From positions 1 to 64,000 of the forward strand of contig MCFE01000169.1 in NCBI GenBank assembly GCA_002104905.1: a stretch of 64,000 nucleotides of DNA, read 5' to 3'. Positions 33,975 through 46,875 of this stretch are shown in pieces (within the stretch, counting starts at the first letter, position 1; every line of letters begins with the position of its first letter). The notes under the pieces are model-generated. The model was given only the letters and a program-made list of their open reading frames with translations, was not told the DNA's origin and searched no databases. The stretch is from Basidiobolus meristosporus CBS 931.73. Its lineage: Eukaryota > Fungi > Basidiobolomycota. The position numbers and the translations under genes were made by a program.

Positions 33975-34668
33975 ATGTGTGCAACCACTATTATGATGAT
34001 TTTGTCCCTTGTGTTTCTGAAGGTCATCATTGCAGCCCCAGTTCCATGTTCCCCTTCATGTTCACACATGAATAATAGAGTGTGTCAATGTAGCTCACAA
34101 TGCTTCTACTAAGAAAGTGACCACTACCTGAGTGACCAAGTACAATCAATTGCTGAAGTACCAAATGTCCAAGCCCCATTATTGTAATTGGTGTTCACTA
34201 CCATTACAAGGAAAAAGGACAATCCCAACACTGCTATTACAAATAGTGACAAGAGCCTTAATGTGAACTATCTATATGAGGTGGAAGGTGCAGCAATGGG
34301 CACTGAGTTGGCTAAATACCAGGGTGCAGAATCATGTGCTGATGGTGCATCATATCCAATTGTGGTGGTTCAGTGCTCTCAAGACATTTAGTACTATATT
34401 TTTTTATTGGTAATTCAGATTAATATTCTACCCAAAAGCTTGTCTAACAGTCAATTGGGATCATATGAGTACATATTAAGAAAAGTCTTGATCTGGGTAC
34501 CTGACAATCTAATGAAGATATTTCAGGTAAATCCCAACAAGAAATCTCAGCAGGAAGTAGTAATAATCATAGACTTAGATCTATATGCTTTGGTTAGCAT
34601 GAATATTTAGGTGACAACTTAATAATTACAACAACAATTGTGCTGATTAGTTGACTGGGCCCATGTGA
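33975..34668 (+). pseudogene. CpG-decayed copy of A' with an LTR-like insert (about 34400-34633)
   Basis: Colinear with 27399-27953 and has multiple stops. The insert ends in TAATTACAACA and resembles the copia LTR in reverse orientation. Confidence 0.82.
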
Positions 34669-34732
34669 GACACCCTAAAGTTTGTAAATAAACTGCCTTG
34701 ATTCATCTATAAGCAACCAGAAGTAGCCATGG

Positions 34733-37700
34733 TGTTGTAAAAGTTTGTAATTCCACCTAAATATTCTCCTAACTTAGTCACTTAGATAATTACCTTCAAA
34801 TCCTAGAGAATACTGACCAAAATTCTTATTGGGATTTACTTGGAATATTTTCACCAAAATACCAGGTGCCCAGAACATAAAAATTCTCAAAGCTGTCCAA
34901 ACAGCCCCAAACTTTGCACACATGTTCTTGGGACCTTCCTTAACCTATTCTACATGCTTGTTATGCCAACACCATGTAAGAGTATAAATACCACTTTTAC
35001 ATTCAATAAATCATTAAGTGAAAGCCACATAATCTACTTGTTCTCCCAATCACTTCCAATATCTCCAAGACTCTTACAACAGGCTATGAGCCCCAAGCTG
35101 TCACTCTCTGCAATGTCTACTACTGCCATTACTGGAATTTTACCCTCTGCTGAAAAGTTGGATGGATCTAACTACAAAGTGGGGAAGGTGAAGATGAAGA
35201 TGCTGCTACAAGAAAGAGGTCTTTGAGATATTACCATGGGAGAAGAATGCCCTCCTGAAAATGTGGGGGAGGAAGCCTCAAAGTATCAGAAGAAAGAACA
35301 AAGTGCCTCTAACTGCATTTGCCTTAATGTCAAGGACAAATTGCTAATTCTATGCTCAAGAGCAAAAAGGGCAAAGAATGCCTGGAAAGCATTAGAAGAC
35401 ACCTACCAGTCATGTTCAGCTGCCAAGAAAATGTATCTGAGACAAATATTCTTTACTACCAAGATGCGTCCAGAAGAAGAAATGAAAAATCTCATTAACA
35501 GAATTACCCTGCTGGTGGATGAGATGGAATCTGTAGGTGTACCAACTACTGATGAGGATGTGATAGTAACCATCCTGAATAGCCTGACAGATAAGTTTCA
35601 GGGTCTTGTATCAGCCCTAGAGTCCAGAACTGAAGATTTGACCTTGAATTACGTATATGGAAGGCTCCTCAATGAAGAATTAAGAAAATCAAGCGCCAAT
35701 AAGAAGGAAGAAGAAAATACTTTAATAAGCAATGATAACCAACAAAGGTGGTACCCAAGACCCTACAAAGGCAACAGCAACCCTAACACTTGATGCAGTG
35801 GGAGAAGAAAATACCCAATGAAGCCTTAGAAGCAGTGGAGGAAGCCATACACTGACCTTTAAAGAAGTACTCTATGTACCAGAAATAGCCAAGAACCTAC
35901 TATCTGTAAGCAAGGCCACAGCCAAAGGGCCCAGTTTCAGTTTGACAATTCTGGATGCAGGATCACTGACCAAAATGGTACCCATATTGCTTTGGTTATC
36001 AGAGAACAGAATCTATGCAAGTTAATTTATATTCCATCATATCTGGAAGCCAATATAAGTAACTTAAATGAAGAAACACCAATGCCTTGGCACAAGAGAT
36101 TTGGACACATCAATTTTGATTATTTGCGCAATATGATCAAAGATCAGCTAATTTCTGGAGTAAAAATTGATCCTCCAGCTAATTTGGAGCACTGTGAGGC
36201 CTGCATATATTGTAAACAAGCCAGACAACTGTTAAAGAGCTCTGTGTTGATCAAAATTAAGAAAAATTAGATCTAATCCATGCAGATCTGTGTGGACCTA
36301 TGCAAAGTTTATCCTTATGTGGGATGAAGTATTTAAGCGCTTTTATTGATGATTATACAAGATACACATAGGTCTACTTCATGGAAAGAAAGGAAGAAGC
36401 TCTGTCTAAGTTCAGGGAGCTTAAAGCCATGGTGGAGAGAGAAACTGGTGAAAAAATCAAGAAAATACGCTCTGACAATGGTGGAGAATATACCTCAAAA
36501 CTCTTCATCCACTTCTGCAAAATTTATGGGATAAAGCAAGAGACTACTGTACCATACTCCCCACAGCAAAATGGAGTAGCAGAATGTGCTAACAGATCAA
36601 CAATGGATATGGCAAGATCTACAATCCATGATCAAAAATTATTCTATGATTTTTGGGTGGAATCAGTTGCCACTGCTGTATATCTTAAGAATAGGAGTTA
36701 TAACAGAGTATTTTGTGATTCTACTCCATTTGAAGCATGGTATGGATACAGACCAAGTGAAGAACATCTAAGAATATTTGGGTGTACAGCATATGCCAAA
36801 AAACTGCCAGGAAATCTGTCACAATTTGAGCCAAAAAGTGTAAAATGCATATTTTTGGGCTGCTGCAATGTGAGTAAGGCATACGGACTCTAAATATCAA
36901 AGCAAAGAAGCTGATCAAGTCCAGGGGTGTGTTGTTTGATGAGAACCCAAAATTTTCACAGAAAATGATTTCAGATGATGACAAAAATTTGATCTCAAGT
37001 CCACCAATTGTCAGGATTGAATCAGAGCAAAACAATGAATATTTTTTCCCTCCAGAGGACTCTACAACTGTGTTTCTGCCAGAATCAGTGCCCAGGAATA
37101 TCCCAGAAGTGATCATTCCAGTATCAAAAGCCAGGGGATCCAACCAGACAAGAAATAGCCCAAGTTACTATATCAATGAGGGTACAAACTTAGCCTATGC
37201 CTATACAGTCCATATTGAGGAACCCCAGACTGCAAAAGAGGCCATGAATAGCCCTCAGACAAAGCTTTGGAGAGCTGCAATGACTGAGGAATATCAGGCC
37301 CTGATGGAAAATCATACTTGGGACTTAGTCAAATAACCAATCAACCAAAAATCAATTGGATGCAGATGGGCCTTTAAGACAAAATACAAGGCTGATGGCT
37401 CAATTGAAAGATTCAAAGCAAGAATTGTGGCCAAAGAATATTCTCAAACAAAAGGAATTGACTATACTGAGACCTTTGCACCGGTAGCCAAGTTTAATTC
37501 CATCAGAATGATATTGGCTATTGCAGCCAAAAACAAGCTTTTATACATCAAATGGATGTAAAAACTGCATTTTTGAATGAAGTACTTGATGAGAATGTGT
37601 ATATTGACCAGCCTGATGTGTTTGTTGACCAAGATAACCCCCATTTGGTCTGCAAGCTTAAAAATCTCTATACTGTCTCAAACAATCACTGAGAGCCTGT

Positions 37701-39146
37701 ATTGAAATATAGATTCTTATTTGGAATCTTTGAGTTTCAAAGGAGTAATGCTGACTATAGTATATACTACAAGTCAGATAGAGCAAATCCAGCTCTATTG
37801 GCTCTATATGTGGATGATCTTATCATAGCTGCCAATAACCTAGCAACATTGGAAGAGACTAAATTGAGCCTATCTAAAGAGTTCAAGATGTCCAATCTAG
37901 GAGAGCTCAGTTACTACTTAGGGATAAAGTTCTCCATAAACAGAAGTACCAAGACTATTACCCTAAGCCAATCCAAGTATATTCAAGATATACTAAAGAA
38001 GTACCAAATGGAAGACTGTAAACCAGCAGCTACCCCAATGCAGACAAACCTTAACTTGGTCAAAACTCAACCAAATCAAGAAAGCTTGGTGCCATCTGAA
38101 AGCCCTGACTTTTGTTATCAATCTATGATTGGCAGTCTGATGTATATTATGCTTGGAACACGTCCACATATCTCTTATTCAGTGGGAGTTGTCAGCCAGC
38201 ATAATCAGAACTATGGATCTGATCATATTGCAGCAGTTAAGCGGATTTCTAAATACCTAAAAGGAACTGCTGATATCTGCTTAAGATACACTTATAAGGG
38301 TTCAGAACAGGATCTTTTGGGATACTCTGATGCTGATTGGGGACAAGAATTAGAAGACAGAAGACCCACCACAGGATACACTGTTCTTTACTGTCAAGGT
38401 GCAATTTCATGGAATGCAAGAAAACAACCAACCACGGAACTTTCTACCACAGAGGCAGAGTATATGGCAGCCTGTGAAGCTACAAAAGAAGCAATGTGAC
38501 TAAGAAAGCTTTTTACAGATTTAGGCCTATATCAAAAAATGCCTATTATTTTATTTCAAGAAAATCAAGGATGTATACAATTAGGTAGAAATCCAATTTT
38601 TCATGCTAGAACTAAGCACATAGATATTAGACATCACTATATACATGAAGCTATAGAGAATATCTTAGTTAGCTTGGTTTACTGTCCTTCAGATGAAATG
38701 ATTGCAGATATATTCACCAAACCATTAGCTAGAGACAAGTTTGAATATCTTAGGTCAAATTAGGACTAGTCAGTATGAACATTTAGCTGAGTAGGAGTGT
38801 TGTAAAGATTTGTGATTCCACCTAAATATTCACCTAACTTAGTCACTTAGATCATTACCTTCAAATCCTGGAGAATACTGACCAAATTCCTTGTTGGGAT
38901 TTACTTAGAATATATTCACCAAAATACCAGGTACCCAGAACATAAAAATTCTCAAAGTTGTCCAAACAGCCCCAAACTTTGCACACATGTTCTTGGGACC
39001 TTCCTTAACCTATTCTACGTGTTTGTTGTGTCAAGACCATGTAAGAGTATAAATACCACTTTTACATTCAATAAATCATTAAGTAAAAGCCACATAATCT
39101 ACTTGTCCTCCCAATCACTTCCAATATCTCCAAGACTCTTACAATA
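34733..39146 (+). mobile_element. Full-length but defective Ty1/copia LTR retrotransposon
   Basis: 349-bp LTRs at 34733-35081 and 38798-39146 (TGTTGTAA...TTACAACA/TA), with TSD CATGG at 34728-34732 and 39147-39151. PBS at 35082-35093 and a purine tract before the 3' LTR. Coding regions: gag 35236-35793, pre-integrase WHKRFGH, rve 36381-36893, RT with LYVDD 37702-38499 and RNase H 38539-38763. Many stops and frameshifts. Confidence 0.97.
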
Positions 39147-39949
39147 CATGGTACCTCTGTATTGCAACTGGAGCCTTCATTGAATTGCCACTATTGGTAC
39201 CACATGCTGATATAAGCAACAGTGTATTTGCAACATGAAAAAGCTTTCAATGGTTTGTTCAATCAAAGGGCTGGTAAGGGGAGAATGCAAAGTTGTATAC
39301 AAACTAAATCATGTGCAGTAGTGTTTACAGACTAAAAAATGGGGAAAGTGGCACATATGATCTGTAATTGTGGTGGCTGCCCACAATGAGTGTTTGCTAC
39401 AAGCCTTATGTACAATAGCATCTGATGCATCAGACACCCTAACTAATAACAAGAAGAAAATAAAAATCAATTGGCAAGTTGGCACTTAAGATTGGCATAC
39501 AGTATTAGGTTGGTACTGGCAGATATCTATCCCAGAATCTTCAACTTGGCAAGACCAGGAGCTATCAAAGAATCAGACTATAACAACAATTCTATGCTGA
39601 TTGTAATTATAAGTAAAGTATTGTTGTGACATTATTATTTATTATGAAAACGGTGTGAATACTTAAATATCTCACTTGAAATCACTTTATACAGTGGGAA
39701 GCAGGATCAAGCTCACTCACCACCTGCATACTATGGGCATTATTTTGGCAAGTGTGCTCCTAATGGTTAATGCAAGGTGGAGAGATAAAGTCATATCAGC
39801 ATAGTAAATTAGACAATGAGCTGTTAGCATTTCCTGCTGAATAGTAATCATGTAACTATTTAAGCTTCACCTTGCTAACTTCAGTATTCATCCTCAAGAT
39901 GGCATCAATTCTCCTTTATGGTATTCTACATGACTGCCCCATGATAGCC

Positions 39950-40841
39950 TCCAAATGGTTGATACATAATGCTGCATTAAGATGTCATTCAATCCCAATG
40001 ATACCACATGCATCAAAATCAGCCACTAGCCCCAAGCTCCAGTAGTAGTCACTTGGCTGCATAATCCTATATATGACTTTCCTGTGTATTTACCTGCCAA
40101 TATGATGAATCTATTCAGATATCCAAATGTATGCCCTACCCTCACTCTGAAATGATCAAGCATTTCATTGTAGAGCTTCTGCTTCCTGTTAAGCACACTA
40201 TTCCTTGGCTTCCTAAATGCTGTAATACATCTTAGTCTCTGACAATCCTCTCATATATAAGCTAAGTCTGCCATACATTTCTCCCCTCTACTGAATTCTG
40301 GATGACTCTCTACCCAGAGTGCTTTGTTATGCCTACTTCCAGCAAATGGCCTACTAGACCTGATGATGTTACCCTCAATATCAGACAGTACTTGAAACTT
40401 CACACAGTGTGCCTTGTACTTGCCAGAATAAAAGTGCCTCTGCCCTCTAGAAGGTCTGTTAATCCTGACTGGGAAGGCATCCAAAGTACTCCTTATATGG
40501 CACCTGTTGCTGAACACTCTGGGATATGGAAGTCTATTGGAGCATCTGAACCTAGTATTCCAAGCTTGCTCTAAGTCATTTATACCCTCTCCAAGGTCAT
40601 TCTCCATTGCTGTCAGCTGGGAATGAAAGCTTTTAGGACTTTTTTTGCCATGGATAGTGGGATGAGACCTTGTAGGGCAATAGTTGTTGTAATAACAGAG
40701 AAGCTGAACAAGAAATTTCCTTGAGTAGATTGGGGTAGATGGTCCACAGTACTTAGTATAGTTCTCCTCTAGTGTGTCAAAAGGAAATCCAATGGTAGTG
40801 ATGGGATTGATGAGAAAAGACCATTCAGATGAGTAAGTCAT
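39950..40841 (-). mobile_element. Degenerate PIF/Harbinger- or ISL2EU-type (DDE_Tnp_4-like) transposase
   Basis: LDAFPVRINRP...FYSGKYKAHCVKFQV...FAGSRHNK...GEKCMADLAY. Past the stop the frame continues AFRKP...YNEMLDHFRVRVGHTFGYL. Confidence 0.8.
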
Positions 40842-42439
40842 AATAAAATTGGTAGGTGATTGGGCTGAGGTGATCTGAACTGAGAAAGCAAGGGAAGCCC
40901 CTCAAAGAGCAAAGCAGAGAATAATCCAAAAAAGGCCACATTTTGTAGCAGCCAATACTCTGAGGCAAGAAAGCTCTAAAGCCCCAAAAAGACAGGAAGA
41001 AAAGCCAAGAAAATCAAGGGTGCTCTTGGAAGGTGCAGAGACAGGGCCCTTTGAGCAACTGTCTGGTGATGCTGAAAAACCCATGGAAAAAGAGGACAAG
41101 TCTACTACCGGCTGTGGTTATGAGATCCCACCTGCCAACAAAGCTGCACCACTAAAAATGTGCAAATTTATCCAAATGGCTCCAGTAGAGTTTTGCAAAT
41201 CAACAAAACACACCAGATCACTCCAGAGGGTTGTTAATGTAAACGGGAGAGTAAATGCATACTAGTATTGTGGAGAGTTAATAGAGGAGCTAGCAGAAGT
41301 AGCCCTGAATACAAGGAAGTCTCCACAGCACCAGGAGGTATGGGAAGGAGTACACAACAGGTGGCATAAGACCAATGGGACACCACCAAACAATTGCAAG
41401 TAAGACATTGAGCCAAATATACTTCTTGAATGGTGAGTTTTAATGCAGCTACTAATACAGTACAAGGTTGGGGAAGGGCTTGATAGGTACATTGGACTTA
41501 TGTACCAGTCCATACAAGAAAGTATTGAGAAACAACTGAAGTTTTAAAAGAAATAAGCCAATAAGTATAAAGGAATAGTGAGGGAGTGATCAGAGTGCAA
41601 GAAGCAGTAGAGTAAGTAACAGGAGATGGCCAATGAGTATGCAGTAATGGCAGGGGAATTATGAGAGTATGGAATTAGGAAGAAAGAGAAATGAACAAGA
41701 GCCAATCAATGAAGGCTCAAGGGGCATTAGGATAAAGTGATCAGAAGTATCACATCAAAATGTTTGAAAGATTTTATGAGTAGGCATATGAAGAATGGTG
41801 GAGTAGAAATGGAAGAAAGCAAAAGCAGGTGTGCACATGGAAACATATATGGATATGGATTAACAGCAACAAGTTTGATCAATGCATGGACAATACATTG
41901 AGCCAGCAAAAGCTATACTTGAGGTTACAAATGATTAAGTTATTGCTGGGAATACTTTGAGTAAATAAACTGGAGGCCTGCTGGGCAGAAGCAGAATTCT
42001 ATACCTATTGGTTTGGTAACTATAAGAAGAAGAGAGGAAAACCAACAGAAGGAGAACTAAAATATAGCCAGGAGAAGGAAAGCATTGGCTGAGGATATTA
42101 AAGAGTTGCTGATAGCAGATGTGACCAACATAGAGCAGATGTTCACCATATGTATATGCTACTGCCAATATAACATATATGAAACTTTGCAATAGTCACA
42201 TTGAAATACTGGCAAATGGAGGTAACAGCAGTGTCTCAATTGTGGCAGGTATGTACAAATGCTGAGGTGAATAAGAAAGGAGTAGTTGCATATTTTGACT
42301 CAAACTATATGTGAAATACCCATGGTAAAAGTGTGCAAAGTATGGAGGCAACATTTTTATCCAAGAGTATACCTTTCTTTTGTTTGTCAACATTCAAACT
42401 TTGTCATGTTTACTATGTCAGAAAATATAGTACCCCAAC

Positions 42440-43070
42440 TGATATTCCCTAGCCCACAAATAACTAATTTCAGTTATGATTTAATTCTCCCATCTCTGAG
42501 TCTATTTTTAGCTGTCACACCTGATCTACTTTCATTTGATTATCACCTTGTCAACTGATATGCCTAGCCTTCTCAGGAGATTAGTCATCTGATATGTACC
42601 CAATGAATTATCACTTGCCAAGCAATCAGCCAATTGATGATGTGATTTTAATTTATCTTATATACCAATCAACTCTTTGGTGGATATCAATTAGTAATCA
42701 ACTTTCTTGGGGCTTACTGATTCACCGTGGTCAGAAAAGTGTAAATAAAGTCTACCAAACCTTTTGGTTTAATGTGTATCTCAACAAAACTCAGAGTCCA
42801 ACAGTTCCATTCTAGTTTCTACCCAAGCCTTTTAAATCTAGCACTCCTAGGAACATCAAGCCAAGCCAGCATAGCAAGTCAACTCTGTTGTTTTTATAGC
42901 CAAACCAAGCTATAGCCAGACAAATACTGGACCAGAACTCTTTTTCAAATATATACACCTCTTCCTGACAACTCTAGGATTCTGCACTTGATTGCTCCTT
43001 TGATTTGGCAGGACCATTCAGGAGCTTTTATTAACTTTTCTCTTGGCTATATCACACTGGTACAATGAAG
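42440..43070. mobile_element. Degenerate LTR of family L3
   Basis: Colinear with the reverse complement of 52513-53211. Confidence 0.7.
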
Positions 43071-43764
43071 GGAGATTATGGAGGCAAAGAATTTGGGTCA
43101 TTTAATTAGGTTGTCAGTGTAAAGAGACTGTCAAGTAACCAGCTAGTAATGCAATATGACTGAAACATGGTTGTAATAAGGCCATCAAAGAACTATCAGT
43201 GTAACATTAAGTTTTTCACCAGAATTGAGAATTGTAACAGTACAGACCACTGAAAGATATCAAGCGTTTGTGATAGGTCCATTATGGGACCATTGAGAAA
43301 CCATGAAGACACCATTAAGTTTTCTATCAGAAGTGGAAATTCCAATGGCATAAGTGACTGAAAGCAAATGGATTCTGTGATAAGGTCATTGTGCAGCCAT
43401 TGCAAACATTACAGATAACTTTGAGAAGCTGTTAAGATTTGCTGAGGGTATTTGACATGTACCACTAATATAGGGCTGTCAAGGCTATGTGAGAAGCCTG
43501 CTGAACTCCATGTTAACAGGATTCATATGGTTCCATTGTAGGGTCTTTGCGGAGTGATCTAGACCTAATCCACTCAAAATGTCAAAATATCTTTCATAGG
43601 AATCTAGGTATGCCTTCTGTATTGCTTGTTCCAGTACTAGTGCTGTTTACTGGACTGTGGACCAAAGAAAGCTGCCAAGCTACTAGACTTAGGCTTGTGC
43701 TTCTTACAGTACTTGGCTAGTGATGTGTGGATATTGTGATTGTCTATGATGGCATATTATATAG

Positions 43765-44113
43765 TGTTGTAAGAGTCTTGGAGATATCAGAAGTGATTGG
43801 GAGGACAAGTAAATTATGTGGTTTTCACTTAATGATTTACTGAATGTAAAAGTAGTAATTGTACTTTTACCTGGTCTTGGTATTACAAACATGTAGAATA
43901 CGTCAATGCAGGTCCCAAGAACATTTGTGCAAAGTTTGGGGCTCTTTGGACAACTTTGAGAATTTCCATGTTCTGGGTACCTGGTAATTTGGTGAAAATA
44001 TTGTAAGTAAATCCCAACAAGGATTTGGGTCAGTATTTTCTAGGATTTGAGGGTAATGATCTAAGAGACTAAGTTAGGTGAATATTTAGGTGGAATTACA
44101 AATTTTTACAACA
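43765..44113 (-). mobile_element. Solo LTR of the copia family
   Basis: 349-bp reverse complement of the 34733-35081 LTR, with TGTTG...CAACA ends and TSD TATAG on both sides. Confidence 0.95.
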
Positions 44114-46875
44114 TATAGAAGTGCATGAATGCAAATAGTATGTAGTGTGACCTATGTTTTGGTAGGGGGTTGTTCCAATTTATATATGTTATTTATTATA
44201 GCTTTAAATCATAATATCTTGAATTGTCATAGGGTCAACAACTCATATATGAGACTGTCTAAAATCTGCAGGATATCCAGATGAAAAAAGATATATTTGA
44301 GCTATAATGCTGATCTAGGTTCAATTTTCCCTTTTGGGCACAATTGCTCTGATGTCACAGGATAAAAAAGAAAAAAAAAACCAAGTTAGTACTGTAACCA
44401 GCATCTCACCCATAAAGCACAGTGCCAGCACAGAAAAAACTGTTGTGATTTAAGAAGTGATTTGGATATAAGGAACTTATCAAGAAATAGTGATAATAGT
44501 TGAACTATTGTTTCTTCATAAAGAAGCTTGGTATTTATACCTTTGTAGAAGTAATACAGCTGTAACACTAAGTAAGGAGGGTTTCTCAATATTCAGGAGC
44601 ATTCTGTAACAGTTTCAGGGTAAGTACATAATGTTTGGTAATAGTGCTAATTTGATTCTGACCATAGGGGAATAATCATAAGATCATAGATCTGAAGAAA
44701 GTGGCAAAGTTAGGGCTGTAAATTAGTCCCTCAGTGTCCAAGATTAGTCCAGAATTGCTAAGTAAATTTTGAGCTGCTGAATGACACCAAATAGTCCATT
44801 ATTTCAACAAATACATCAAAGAATAGGGGAATATTTTGCCACACATATATTATCTAGAGGATCTAGTACAAGTGCAATTTCTGTGGCATTTAGCTAGTCA
44901 CTTAACAGTTTTTTAATGATAACTGACTTCACTATTCTCTTAGTATAAACTGAGCAGAGTGGGTATGACACATTAAGTTACTCTCCTCATACTTCTGAGG
45001 AGTCTCCTGGTAGTACAGCTAATAAAGAGGACCCACAAGTAGACTGTGAGCCTATCTTGGAGAGCAATGGTGCCTGGCACAAAGCCTGCAAAACAAGTAT
45101 ATGAAAGAGTATATACCATCACAAATATTCTGTGTAGCCTAATGAGTCCACAAATCCATCACTGGCAAAGGATGTGATGCATTGGCTTGAGAAATGATAC
45201 ACTTTACCAATTTTAGTAGGAAGGGTATTGGGGACATACTGCTGCAACTGGTTAAAAAGCTTACTACACTGCAAGACACCACTAACATGCTATAAGTAAA
45301 TAAGCACAATGAATCTGACTACATATGACCTGGAGCTGACATAGAGACCATCATGTGCCCATAGCTGTACACTATGCCAATCAAAGTATAATGCCATTAC
45401 CAAATGTCCAATTTAAAAGGAATCTACAACCAATGTTAGCAAATATCTTTTACATTCTGGACATATTCTGGTGATACCCCATCAAAAGATGCTACCACAG
45501 TCTAATGAGTACAATCATGCAATATAGTACTGCTATCAGTTTGTGTCAGCCAAAGAATTGAAGGATATATTGGATGGAGAATACATCAACAAGCACAAGA
45601 TTAAGGTCTTGTCAGAAGGTATGCTTGACCATGCCATTGCCTTGGCATTTGGTAAATTGTCACCAAACAAGTACACTGCCAGTAAATCTTGCTTGGCACT
45701 AGATCTCATCAGCTTGTATTTACCATCAATGTTATAGTATCTGGGCAGAAGCCTGAAGATAGCCTCATTAATATCTGGTCCAAGCTCACTATTCAATTGG
45801 CTTAGCTGTTGGTACCCACTGTTAGCAAGGTTCCAGATAATCTCCAGAGTTATACTATTAGATGGCTGTCATGTTAGAGCACACAGAAAGCTTAGCATTG
45901 GATATACACCTGTAACTAACAAGATTGATGGATAATTTGAGTACAATGAATGATGTTACTGTCAAATGTATGAGAATCATGAAATGTACTCCACCATCCA
46001 TATAGACCATCTTTATCCAAGTACTAATACTAAAAATGAGCCCTGTCCTCAAAAAGAGTGTTCCAAAGGTGGGATGAGAATGCAAGAAAGCTGGCAAGTG
46101 ATTAATCATCAGTCAAAGTATGGGACTAGCCAAGAGCCAGGTACACTGAGCATGGAGTGAGTCAGCTGGTGTGAAAGCAATCCACTAGAAAAAGTGCATT
46201 GCTATCCCACAATTCTCCTACAATATTGACAGAGCATACAAGGGACAATATAACCATAATGCACCAGTTGAGATTCCAGAGAAATTTAAACCAACTGGCA
46301 AGTTATTGTAATGCATCCATTGTCCAAGGTATACCCCAGAGGCACCAATTAATGTCCAATCACATATGCATCAACATAAGTGTGAGGACTGGTGGAGCTG
46401 GATATTCACTTATCGTGGTGGCCTACTAAAGTAGTTTATTCCAGCAGCACACTGGAAGCATTGCAAGCTATTTGTGAATACTATAAAGATGTTCCTTTTG
46501 TTACAAGTATTGGTATAAGAGTTGTAGAGGGATAGAGAGTTTAGCTAGTATTGTATTCACTAAAACTTGAACTGATTTTTATTGAGGTTTGAGCAGCTCC
46601 TTATATACATTTTGCCAGATCAATTGCTGACTAATTGTATTTCCTAATGTAAGTTGTGGCTGATGACTCATTTGATTGCATCATCCTCACCCAATAAGAT
46701 CCTACTTAGTATATCTATTTCTGTCTGATAAGGGTCTGGGGATTCATTTGCTGACTAATGCTACTGATTTCATATATTATACTAATATACTGATAACCTA
46801 AACATATACTAATTGATTTGACTAAAAACTGATCTAACTTAAACATTCAAGGGGCAGATCATAACATTCTCCTTA

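Noticed and set aside
44500-46450. CpG-free region with weak transposase- or integrase-like words (YNIDGKYK, YMDGGVHF)
   Set aside because: Probably TE debris, but no contiguous motif set or termini could be established.
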